IMG/VR virus record: IMGVR_UViG_3300036715_002161
Location: 64,001 to 128,000 of that record
Length of the DNA stretch: 64,000 nucleotides
Origin: a virus
Strand: one strand, 5' to 3'
A model generated the notes under the pieces. It worked only from the letters and a program-made list of their open reading frames with translations, was not told where the DNA came from and did no database searches. Shown one piece after another: positions 56,261 to 64,000 of the stretch (its first letter is position 1; every line of letters begins with the position of its first letter). The position numbers and the translations under genes are program-made.

Positions 56261-56775
56261 TTTTTGGTCCTATCCACTAATTCTAAAAGGTCTTCTAGTA
56301 AGACGGGTTTCATCCCGTAGTTACCCGTCCAGACATCAAACCTATTTTTTACGATTTCTGAAGTCCCATGACTATGGCCATGAAGGTGTAGACTATTGTA
56401 ATACTTTTTATTCCAGGATTCAATAGGGTAGTGGAACAGGGCAATATCAGTACCATAACCATTATAGTTCTTCAAGAATAAATAATCCTGAATAGAGTGG
56501 AAACACCTTTTATAATTATCTGTATGATCGTGGTTCCCTTTGATCAGGTGCTTTCTACCATTAAGACTATTAAGAATTTCCTTGGTTTTTTCCACCTTAT
56601 GAAATGATACATCTCCCAGGTGAAAGACAATGTCTTCTGGATCCACCAAGGCATTCCAATTATCAATCATATCCCTATCCATATCATCTGCATTTGCATA
56701 TGGTAAGTTACAGAACCTGATAATATTAGTATGTCCGAAGTGAGTGTCTGAGGTAAACCATGTTTTTATTGACAT
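56257..56775 (-). CDS. metallophosphoesterase
   Basis: TSDTHFGH, HLGD, GNHD, HYP, HGHSH; start reassigned to ATG 56775. Confidence 0.9.
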   Translation of the reverse strand: MSIKTWFTSDTHFGHTNIIRFCNLPYANADDMDRDMIDNWNALVDPEDIVFHLGDVSFHKVEKTKEILNSLNGRKHLIKGNHDHTDNYKRCFHSIQDYLFLKNYNGYGTDIALFHYPIESWNKKYYNSLHLHGHSHGTSEIVKNRFDVWTGNYGMKPVLLEDLLELVDRTKN

Positions 56776-56797
56776 ATTTTTTAAAGTACTATACAGT
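56769..56797 (+). promoter_or_regulatory. host sigma-70-type promoter for the phage sigma gene
   Basis: TTGACA-17 nt-TACAGT, 25 nt upstream of ATG 56823. Confidence 0.6.
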
Positions 56798-56822
56798 TGA
56801 TAGATAACAACAGGATATAAAA

Positions 56823-57593
56823 ATGGATTTAAGTAAATACTATTCCGAAATCTCCAGATACAAGTCAATAGGGGCAGAAGAGGAGGTAGCCTTGTTTAAA
56901 ACGTTTCAAGCTACTACAACTACAGAAAAAGAAAAAACCAAGATTAAGGATCGTATAATCTCCTCTAACCTAAGGTTTGCCTTTAAGGAGGCCAAGAAGT
57001 TTTCAAAGAATGATCCTATATTATTTGAGGATTTGATCTGTGCCGCCAACGAAGGATTATTGGTAGGTTTTGAAAAGTTCAATCCGGCCAATGGTGTTAG
57101 GTATTTATCATATGCAGGTTGGTGGGTAAAGCAAAGGATATTAGATGAGATGTCAAAAAAGAGAATAGTTTCTTTACCTAAATCAAAGCAGCAGCTGGCC
57201 ACTAGAATTCAAAAAGCCAAAGATAGAGACGAATCCCTATCCTTGGCCGATTTAGTAAAGGTCTTTCCAGAGGATAACCCCAAGGACATTAAGGAACTTT
57301 CCGATACTAGATACCTTACGTATTATATGGAGGACCTCAGTGATGATCTTCTAGAAATAGATCCAATAGGTGAACAAGTTCAAATTAACATTGATAATAA
57401 TAAGGTTTGGAAATCTGTCTCTGATCTACCCTCTCCGCACAGGGAAGTAATTGCCCAACTATTTGGGCTTGATGATGGGGTCGAGCAGTCGATTACAAAC
57501 ATATGTAAGTCAATGAAAGTTTCTAAGGAAACGGTACGACAGATTAAAGCGGAGGGCCTCGAAATGCTCACAAGAAAGCTGGGCCCTACTTAG
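56823..57593 (+). CDS. sigma-70 family sigma factor (RpoD/RpoS-like regions 1.2-4)
   Basis: YYSEI....AEEE (1.2), SNLRF, DLI..NEGL..FEKFNP..GVRYLSYAGWW (2), SKETVRQIK..GL..L (4.2). Confidence 0.9.
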   Translation: MDLSKYYSEISRYKSIGAEEEVALFKTFQATTTTEKEKTKIKDRIISSNLRFAFKEAKKFSKNDPILFEDLICAANEGLLVGFEKFNPANGVRYLSYAGWWVKQRILDEMSKKRIVSLPKSKQQLATRIQKAKDRDESLSLADLVKVFPEDNPKDIKELSDTRYLTYYMEDLSDDLLEIDPIGEQVQINIDNNKVWKSVSDLPSPHREVIAQLFGLDDGVEQSITNICKSMKVSKETVRQIKAEGLEMLTRKLGPT

Positions 57594-57692
57594 GTTTTAT
57601 AAGGATCAAAAGTCCCAGTTAATCATTTTGATTCATGTTAGACACTACCGAGTTCTTGTGGTTTGATAGTGGTTGCTACTCTACCGATGGTT

Positions 57693-58238
57693 CTATTGTA
57701 CCGGTAGTTTTGGTTTGTTCTTAGACCCTGGTTTACGGCCTCGACGTTTTAATAGTACTGGTCCAGGATTTTCTTCCTGGCCTCCCACCAGTAGCTCTCG
57801 TGACACTCCAGGTCCATTATCTCTTGATTTTCGGATTCTAGGTGTTGACTGGCCAATATCTGTTTTACTATTGTGGGTTGACTTTTCAACTGATTTTCTG
57901 ACAAGTCCGGAGTCCACGACTGGTCTAACCTCGGAGAAGTCATGTGTAATAGTGGGGATTTTGAAAACTGTTTGTTCTTTAGAATTTTTACGCAGCTTTT
58001 TGAAAACATAGTTTATCTTTCCAGACAGGTAATTTTTAAGTTCAATTTTTATCTCTTCACTTGGCTGGGTAGTAGTATCCAGCGCCCCATCTAGTCCTTT
58101 ATCTAGATAGAAATATTTTACATAGCTTAGTATCCTACCAGACCCATCAGGTAGGCTTAGGAAAAAATGATAAGATCCTTTGATCGAGTTAAACCCTAAA
58201 TAATACGGAAGATTATTCTCCTGTTGTTTCATAGACAA
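57693..58238 (-). CDS. hypothetical protein with basic AT-hook-like C-terminus
   Basis: KRRGRKPGSKNK tail. Confidence 0.55.
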   Translation of the reverse strand: MSMKQQENNLPYYLGFNSIKGSYHFFLSLPDGSGRILSYVKYFYLDKGLDGALDTTTQPSEEIKIELKNYLSGKINYVFKKLRKNSKEQTVFKIPTITHDFSEVRPVVDSGLVRKSVEKSTHNSKTDIGQSTPRIRKSRDNGPGVSRELLVGGQEENPGPVLLKRRGRKPGSKNKPKLPVQ

Positions 58239-58262
58239 ACCTATATATTTTTCTTATATCTA

Positions 58263-58292
58263 CTTATACCACAACCTGATGGTATTATGTAA
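58263..58292 (-). promoter_or_regulatory. class-A promoter (variant -35)
   Basis: TTACAT-18-TATAAG with TGG. Confidence 0.6.
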
Positions 58293-58359
58293 TCTAGTTT
58301 ACGACTGGGAAATTCCTATTTGGTATGTGGTAATGTATACGGCTTTACAATACCCGACT

Positions 58360-58812
58360 TTATTTTTTAGTAGGTTTAAAGTCAGAGATAAAAGGCTGAA
58401 TGGATATTTTACCGGAGTCCAAAACCAGACTAAATGGTGCATTTTCCCCCATAGAAGCAACGACTGTCATATAGGTTATTCCAAACGTTTTAATCAGTTC
58501 TGAAAACTGACTGGCAAGTGCATAGCCCCTTGCCAAACGATCCACCTGGATCTTATCTTCTATAATCCTTAGAAAATCCCGTAAAGTATTAGCTTTGTTA
58601 ACCTCAGTATTAGAAATATCAATACCAAAAGTGTCCTTGATGCCAAGACACATCTCAATCATATCAAGGCCATCCATTTCTAGGTCTTTTCTAAGATCTG
58701 TTTCTAAATGTATGTCAGATCTCTGCCTATCTAGTTGCTCTGATATAGTGGTAATCAGATACTGCTGTCTATCTTCAGGCTTCAATGTATATCTCCTCAA
58801 ACACAGGTTCAA
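58360..58812 (-). CDS. acyl-carrier-protein-like domain protein lacking the phosphopantetheine serine
   Basis: ISEQL...DLEMDGLDMIEM..IKDTFGIDI....K.NT aligns with ACP IGEQL...DLGADSLDTVEL..LEEEFDTEI; true start probably TTG ~58785. Confidence 0.7.
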   Translation of the reverse strand: MNLCLRRYTLKPEDRQQYLITTISEQLDRQRSDIHLETDLRKDLEMDGLDMIEMCLGIKDTFGIDISNTEVNKANTLRDFLRIIEDKIQVDRLARGYALASQFSELIKTFGITYMTVVASMGENAPFSLVLDSGKISIQPFISDFKPTKK

Positions 58813-59029
58813 TCAATGGCTCTATTTTTTTAATCCGCCAGGGTTCAATACAACTCCCTTTGTATAAACCTATGTGCCCTATGGTAGATATAATGTCACT
58901 ACAAAATACACACTTCGCTAAATCATTTAAAGGACCTCTGTCAACAGTAAGTATATTACCTATTGTATCCCCATTATTACAACAAACTGTAGGTTTTATG
59001 ACTACTACTAAATCACCATGTTTAAACAT
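58775..59029 (-). CDS. hypothetical protein
   Basis: 84 aa, Cys-containing. Confidence 0.55.
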   Translation of the reverse strand: MFKHGDLVVVIKPTVCCNNGDTIGNILTVDRGPLNDLAKCVFCSDIISTIGHIGLYKGSCIEPWRIKKIEPLIEPVFEEIYIEA

Positions 59030-59070
59030 ATATATCTACCTAAACGTTTACTAAAAGAACACTAGGAGTT

Positions 59071-59253
59071 TTAATTCTGAGATTTATCTTTTGCCTCTTT
59101 AATCTTTCGGTTAAGTTCAACGTTAATGTCTTCAAGTTTTAAAAACTCTCTACGACAATAACTATCATTTTTTACAGGTAAGCCAGCCCTGTTTACTTCT
59201 TGACTAGGCCCAAATCCAAAGGCAGTGGCCAAGTCCTTCAAAAAAGATTTCAT
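59071..59253 (-). CDS. hypothetical protein
   Basis: 60-aa ORF. Confidence 0.5.
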   Translation of the reverse strand: MKSFLKDLATAFGFGPSQEVNRAGLPVKNDSYCRREFLKLEDINVELNRKIKEAKDKSQN

Positions 59254-59255
59254 AA

Positions 59256-59459
59256 CTAAGATACCGATAAGTGATTTTTAGTACAGACCTCAAAGATCTT
59301 GTACCCTAAAATAATTTGTTGACCAGGGTCAGGCTTATAATGAGGCGATTCATTCAGTAACCTAAGTTCACCCTCTCCCAAGTATAGGTTCTGGGGCAAT
59401 TGGCCAGTAGTGCGTATGAACTCTTGAGCCGTCACACGTATCCTATAAATGATTTCCAT
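59256..59459 (-). CDS. hypothetical protein
   Basis: 67-aa ORF directly behind a class-A promoter. Confidence 0.55.
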   Translation of the reverse strand: MEIIYRIRVTAQEFIRTTGQLPQNLYLGEGELRLLNESPHYKPDPGQQIILGYKIFEVCTKNHLSVS

Positions 59460-59463
59460 AGTA

Positions 59464-59493
59464 CTTATACCAAATTCAATAATTAATATCTAA
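59464..59493 (-). promoter_or_regulatory. class-A promoter
   Basis: TTAGAT-18-TATAAG with TGG. Confidence 0.75.
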
Positions 59494-59494
59494 C

Positions 59495-59686
59495 CTAGGC
59501 TCCCACCATTTTACCGCCTACTTCCGGAAAACACTCTACTACTACATTTTTCTCCGGAGCCACCTTTTTGATAATTGTTTCAATGGCATAAGTCTTCAAT
59601 TTTAAGCAGGCATCTGCACTGGGAACTTCGATTACCTGAGCTCCTGTATTTCCAAACAGTAGAATTAAAACGTAGTATGTGTTCAT
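59495..59686 (-). CDS. hypothetical protein
   Basis: 63 aa, hydrophobic N-terminus. Confidence 0.55.
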   Translation of the reverse strand: MNTYYVLILLFGNTGAQVIEVPSADACLKLKTYAIETIIKKVAPEKNVVVECFPEVGGKMVGA

Positions 59687-59699
59687 CCCAAACCTTTAA

Positions 59700-59849
59700 T
59701 TAGTGGGGGTACCCCCAAGTTACTGTTGCCGTAATGGCAAAGGCAGATAACCAGTAAAACATATCTGCCCACTTTCCCTGGACTGCCCACCATAGTGCAT
59801 TTAGTAGGTATAGTACAAGAATAACATAATTAAATATTTTAGGATTCAT
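59700..59849 (-). CDS. small membrane protein (49 aa)
   Basis: Below the track cut-off: MNPKIFNYVILVLYLLNALWWAVQGKWADMFYWLSAFAITATVTWGYPH. Confidence 0.55.
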   Translation of the reverse strand: MNPKIFNYVILVLYLLNALWWAVQGKWADMFYWLSAFAITATVTWGYPH

Positions 59850-59902
59850 TGGTCAAACAAAGGTCCGAGATTAGGGATTACATATAGGCACATACTGTTT
59901 CC

Positions 59903-61510
59903 TTATTTATAACAAACTGCCTCTAGTAACCAGTTTTGAAGGACCTTATTATTAGACCTTAAGAACTTCTTAAATCTGCTATCAATTAAAACCGTATGAC
60001 CCCAGTCAGTGTCAGACCTCACTACTCTGCCTATCTGTTGACCAAATGTTATCAAGGCTCGATAGTTATATCCTATAAAGTCATTTTTTAATTGATGATA
60101 TGTAAATGGGTCTGAGACATTATCATATGGCACTCGAAGAATAATCTGAAACCTAGCTCGGTCATCCTTCATGTCCACGCCCTGCTGACAGATGGGAGAG
60201 ATTAAGACCAAAGGCTTATCTGACTCATAGAACATATTTAAAACCTGTTGGAAATCTGTTTTGTCATGTAGAATCACCCGCCCCGTTTTCTTAAGAGAGG
60301 CATAAATCTGTCTGGCCACTGCATAGCTTGGGGTATGGATAAGCCCTTTTACGTCATGATATGTTTCCAAGACAGTCTCCAGGCTTTTAACTATGCTAGG
60401 GTAATTTTCATCCCAGGTCCGATGAGATGTATCTACCAGTAAGTCTTCTTTTACAACAATAGGCCTATTTTTTTTATTGAAACTAGAGGCCACCTTGATA
60501 AAATAAGTTTCGTCCTTTACGAGTCCTAGCCCTCTACAGAAAAGCTCTTTTGAATACACAGTACCAGACATTAAAAGTCTTCTAGTGCCATAATTGAACA
60601 GGAGACTATTTGCGTCTCGACCTATATCCAGCGGGACTATCTTGAGCCTAACCTCATGCCTAGGAGTATCGTTAGTGTCAAGGCTAAAAATGTAATTCTG
60701 CTCATGTTCCCGGTAGATTATTTCAAGATTAAATATGAACTTAGACACTCTTTCCAAGTAATCATCTCTAGGTGAGGTACTGCCACCAATAGGTATACTT
60801 TCAGAGTATTCTGTTTGCATCTCAGACAAAAGGATTTCCCATGTTCCTGGTGGAGTATTTTCATAAGAGGCACCTGAAAGTACGGCTGCTGCCTTTTCTG
60901 GAAGCATTATTGAGAAAGTCGCAAAATCTCGGATTACCCCAGCTATCTCATGGGCCTCATCCACTATCAGCAAATCTCTTGGAGGAAAGTGCCCAGCAAA
61001 AGAAGACTGGTAAATAAAAGAGTGGAAATTGTGTACCACGGTCTTATTCTCAATAGCCAAGTCTATGGCTAGCTTATAAGGGCACGGATTAATTGCTACA
61101 CATTCTTTGTATACGGCTGGGCTGCCTTTACAAGGCCCTTCTGCACAAGAATAAGATCCACGACGAACTTCTGATTTACCAGTAGCCCGTATGGAATCTA
61201 AAACCCCACTGATATAATCCTTATCCTTATTCTTATAGATACATGGGTATGCATTTCTACCCTTCATCAAGTAGGCATCTGTCGGGAAATCGTCATTATA
61301 TTGATTTTGTAACGATTTTCTAGGGGTGATAATATAGGAACTTTCTTCCTTATTACCAAAAGTAACGGCAATGGCGCTTTTACCACAGCCGACGGGGCCT
61401 TCAACTATTACATTTTTATACCCCGAGTCAAAAGCCTTTTCAATCTCCAGGATAATTTCTTTCTGGGATTTTCTAGGATTTGGCAAGGGGAAATATTGCA
61501 TTACAGACAT
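59903..61510 (-). CDS. DinG/XPD-like SF2 helicase
   Basis: PRKSQ, EGPVGCGKS, KGRNAYPC, IVDEAH, MSGT, QGVD, QQIGRVVR..DWG...DSRF. Confidence 0.9.
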   Translation of the reverse strand: MSVMQYFPLPNPRKSQKEIILEIEKAFDSGYKNVIVEGPVGCGKSAIAVTFGNKEESSYIITPRKSLQNQYNDDFPTDAYLMKGRNAYPCIYKNKDKDYISGVLDSIRATGKSEVRRGSYSCAEGPCKGSPAVYKECVAINPCPYKLAIDLAIENKTVVHNFHSFIYQSSFAGHFPPRDLLIVDEAHEIAGVIRDFATFSIMLPEKAAAVLSGASYENTPPGTWEILLSEMQTEYSESIPIGGSTSPRDDYLERVSKFIFNLEIIYREHEQNYIFSLDTNDTPRHEVRLKIVPLDIGRDANSLLFNYGTRRLLMSGTVYSKELFCRGLGLVKDETYFIKVASSFNKKNRPIVVKEDLLVDTSHRTWDENYPSIVKSLETVLETYHDVKGLIHTPSYAVARQIYASLKKTGRVILHDKTDFQQVLNMFYESDKPLVLISPICQQGVDMKDDRARFQIILRVPYDNVSDPFTYHQLKNDFIGYNYRALITFGQQIGRVVRSDTDWGHTVLIDSRFKKFLRSNNKVLQNWLLEAVCYK

Positions 61511-61516
61511 GGTTGT

Positions 61517-61705
61517 TCACCTAATAAGTGTTTCGTAAAGTTTCCAATCACAGGCCAAAATATCTTCCGGTTTAAACCCTACAAGTCCTGTGAACAAAAA
61601 TGGTTCTGGTTTAAACATGATACTCCAATATTCTCCAGGTTGCCATCCTGACCGACAGATTTTTTCGCCACACTTTAATTCAAATAATGCTTTTTCAAAG
61701 TTCAT
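61517..61705 (-). CDS. DUF2829 / Tad2-like small protein
   Basis: MNFEKALFELKCGEKICRSGW...EDILACDW; GGAG RBS before ATG 61705. Confidence 0.65.
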   Translation of the reverse strand: MNFEKALFELKCGEKICRSGWQPGEYWSIMFKPEPFLFTGLVGFKPEDILACDWKLYETLIR

Positions 61706-61729
61706 AATAGTTCTCCAAAAGAAACAAAT

Positions 61730-61846
61730 AAAAAAAACCAGGATCAAAACTACCGATCCTGGCGAGTGGCTAGACAAAAAAGCTAGCAAGGAGCAGCGGT
61801 CTAATAAAACGACCGCAACAAAAGAAAAAAGTAAACTCTACTCTCT
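61730..61846 (-). ncRNA. candidate ~115-nt small RNA / attenuator
   Basis: Three consecutive hairpins (GCGGTC/GACCGC, GCTAG/CTAGC, CCAGGATC/GATCCTGG) ending in T8, behind a class-A promoter. Confidence 0.55.
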
Positions 61847-61852
61847 ACCTTA

Positions 61853-61882
61853 CTTATACCAATATATAAGCCCTATATCTAA
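61853..61882 (-). promoter_or_regulatory. class-A promoter
   Basis: TTAGAT-18-TATAAG with TGG. Confidence 0.75.
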
Positions 61883-62506
61883 TTATTGTTCAGCTGCTTC
61901 AAGTACTTCTCTTTCTGCATCCAGGTCCCGGTTTAGGGCTTTTTGAGTTGAAAAACCTTCTGGGTACCGGGCCTTTAATTTCTTAATATTAGCCTCTCTG
62001 GCATTGGCCACCGACAAGTCTTGGAGAAGACAGAAGAAGTTAAGTGAGTTTGAAACCTCTAGTAGAATTTCCATTATTCTGGAAGTATCTATCGGGCTGG
62101 TGATTATAATCTCAAGCATGGAAGAAGCCTCTCTCATGCCTACCGACAATACTCCAACCAAGGCCCTCTGTTTAGCTGTGGCGTCGGACAGATCATATAA
62201 CTTCCTCAGATCTACAAATTCGTCATTCTGCATAAGTGCCTCATGCTGGTCCATATCTACTACCTGACCTCTGATTTTTTCCAAGGCCAAATATCCAAGA
62301 GCCAAGTACCAGTAGACATCACCTACTTCTTCTACTACGTTTACCAGGTCAAGCTTTTTATTGTAGAATCGCTCACGCTTTAAGGCATCAACTAACTCTC
62401 CGATTTCAGTCATAAGCCCGTAGGCAGTATGCTCTAGGTCGTTGTCTACGGTAGAATCTTTGAGATTGGTATTGGCCGACAGAAGCGCATATTCTTTGAA
62501 ATTCAT
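61883..62506 (-). CDS. MazG-like nucleotide pyrophosphohydrolase
   Basis: GLMTEIGELVDALK, EEVGDVYWY, NIKKLKARYPEGF. Confidence 0.85.
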   Translation of the reverse strand: MNFKEYALLSANTNLKDSTVDNDLEHTAYGLMTEIGELVDALKRERFYNKKLDLVNVVEEVGDVYWYLALGYLALEKIRGQVVDMDQHEALMQNDEFVDLRKLYDLSDATAKQRALVGVLSVGMREASSMLEIIITSPIDTSRIMEILLEVSNSLNFFCLLQDLSVANAREANIKKLKARYPEGFSTQKALNRDLDAEREVLEAAEQ

Positions 62507-62515
62507 TTTTAGGTC

Positions 62516-63547
62516 CTATAAGGAAAATTTAAAATTAGTAGTGTCATTTGTCAGAGTACCGACTAGATAGCTTGACAATTCAACTTCTTGTGGTGCTACT
62601 TGAGTATTAATATTACCATACCACTTCTCAACCCAGGGAATTGGATGGGTTAATTTATGGTGACCCTTAGGACTAAGTCCAATGGCCGCCTTTCTACGTG
62701 GCAGTAAATACTCTACGTATTGTATCAGGATTTTCTCATTTAGGCCAAGAATACTTCCCTGACTAAATAGATATTTAACCCAGTCGATTTCCTGTTGACC
62801 GGCCTGGTCAAAAATTTCAGTAGCCCGATTCCTGTTGTCACCTATGATTTGGACAAAGTCTGGGTCGTCTTTTGGCAAGGCTTTAAGTATGTGTTGGACC
62901 AAGGCCATATGCTGGGTTTCGTCCCTTGAAATGAGCTTGACAACCTTAGCCGAAGCCTCTACTTTACCACGTTCGGCAAAGGAAAAAGTGCAGGCAAAAC
63001 TTGTGGGAAACCGTATTGCCTCTAAGGCATTGGCCGAAATCAAGGCAAGGTAAAGATTCTCCTTATTTGGGTTGTCAATCAAGGCATCATAGGCATGGGT
63101 CACTGCTGTGGCGCAATCTACAATCGGCACAATATTAGGTAGGTCGTCAAATATTACAGAAGGGTCAGAGTATATTGCCCGGATTATATGGGTATAACTT
63201 TCGCTATGAATACTTTCAAAGAAAGACCAGGTCAAAATACAGTTCTCTAAACTAGGATCAGTACAATGAGGTAAAAAGGCCATACTAGGAGCCCGACCCT
63301 GGATAGAATCCAGTAGAATCTGTCTCTTTAGATTACTGGTAAAGACAAACTGTTCCTCTTCGGACAAACTTTCAAAACTACTTTTTTCACCAGACCAATC
63401 CACTTCTACTTCTGGATTCCAGTAGAAAGACTTCATCTTAGTATTCAATTTATAAAAGATAGGGTGAGGCAAGACATCATATCTTGCAATCCCCCTACCC
63501 TCCCCAAAAAATAGCTTTGGAGAAAAAGGGTCAAGGTTAAGAATCAT
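62516..63547 (-). CDS. nrdB: ribonucleotide reductase class Ia beta subunit
   Basis: LLDSIQGR, FESIHSESY (radical Tyr), LEAIRF, RDETQH, VAPQEVE..SY. Confidence 0.95.
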   Translation of the reverse strand: MILNLDPFSPKLFFGEGRGIARYDVLPHPIFYKLNTKMKSFYWNPEVEVDWSGEKSSFESLSEEEQFVFTSNLKRQILLDSIQGRAPSMAFLPHCTDPSLENCILTWSFFESIHSESYTHIIRAIYSDPSVIFDDLPNIVPIVDCATAVTHAYDALIDNPNKENLYLALISANALEAIRFPTSFACTFSFAERGKVEASAKVVKLISRDETQHMALVQHILKALPKDDPDFVQIIGDNRNRATEIFDQAGQQEIDWVKYLFSQGSILGLNEKILIQYVEYLLPRRKAAIGLSPKGHHKLTHPIPWVEKWYGNINTQVAPQEVELSSYLVGTLTNDTTNFKFSL

Positions 63548-64000
63548 TAAATTTTACAAGCTCCACTTTCACAGGAAGTATCTTCTTCTACATTTGGGTC
63601 TTCGTCCAGGACGTTGCTGTAATACAAACATTTAGTCCCAAGCTTATAGGCCAATAAAATATCACTCAATATTACTCCAGTAGAAATTTGCTGTTTGGCC
63701 GGGTTATAAGTAGTATTAGTACTGATGGCCTGATCAATAAACTTCTGCATTATTGCCAAGGTTTTTAAGTAGTCTGAGACTGGGACATCCCAAGCTAACT
63801 GGTAGGCATGGTTGAGTTTGTTAATCTCCGGTACTACCTGGGCCATAGTACCATCTTTAGACCCTTTAATTGTAATTAATCCTTTTGGAGGCTCGATTCC
63901 ATTAGTCTCATTGGCCAACTGACTAGATGTCTCACTAGGCATAAGGGCCATCAAGGTAGAATTACGAATGCCATGTTTTAGTACCCGCTCCTTAAGGCTA
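63547..64000 (-). CDS. nrdA: ribonucleotide reductase alpha subunit, C-terminal part (5' end outside the window)
   Basis: MPSETSSQ..N.TNGIEPP, QKFIDQAISTN, LYY, CESGACKI. Confidence 0.95.
   Translation of the reverse strand, partial: SLKERVLKHGIRNSTLMALMPSETSSQLANETNGIEPPKGLITIKGSKDGTMAQVVPEINKLNHAYQLAWDVPVSDYLKTLAIMQKFIDQAISTNTTYNPAKQQISTGVILSDILLAYKLGTKCLYYSNVLDEDPNVEEDTSCESGACKI

Noticed and set aside
61706-61789. Hydrophobic N-terminal extension of ORF 61517..61789
   Set aside because: It is the translation of a terminator and U-tract; a GGAG RBS precedes ATG 61705
42753-64000. Inteins or group I introns in polA, helicase, primase or nrdAB
   Set aside because: ORFs are continuous and of expected length, with no splice-junction motifs seen
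1-64000. Stop-codon reassignment
   Set aside because: TAA, TAG and TGA all terminate full-length conserved genes, and coding density is high under code 11

Overview
64-kb segment of a large, AT-rich lytic myovirus-like phage. The host is probably a Gram-negative Proteobacterium, judging from the two-component spanins, GH19 endolysin and perfect IHF sites. The window has three parts. (1) 1-1729 (minus): the start of a PRTRC-type ubiquitin-like operon, with a Prok_Ub-like modifier ending in GTKG and a Prok-E2_D-like enzyme that the ORF track missed. (2) 1850-30953 (plus): late block with terminase, frameshifted tail chaperone, tape measure, baseplate, fibres, gp38-like adhesin, lysis genes and a serine-protease-domain protein. 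A sigma factor and an RNA-polymerase beta'-zinc-domain fusion are embedded in it. (3) 30987-64000 (mostly minus): replication, nucleotide and counter-defence block with UDG-PolA, primase-helicase, RuvC, DinG-like helicase, NrdAB, MazG, a Prs+NAMPT pair (NARP1-like), two RNA ligases, HD-PNK, a Tad2-like protein, an ACP mimic, two tRNAs and six diversifying paralogues of a ~115-aa protein. Non-coding structure read from the sequence: two phage promoter classes (TTAGAT-N17/18-TATAAG; GTTAAAATA 4-5 nt before ATG), a dyad-symmetric iteron/IHF/AT-tract locus at ~32.45-32.97 kb, and three promoter-to-terminator structured RNA candidates (~550, ~240 and ~115 nt). All family calls come from motif recognition by eye; no database searches were run.
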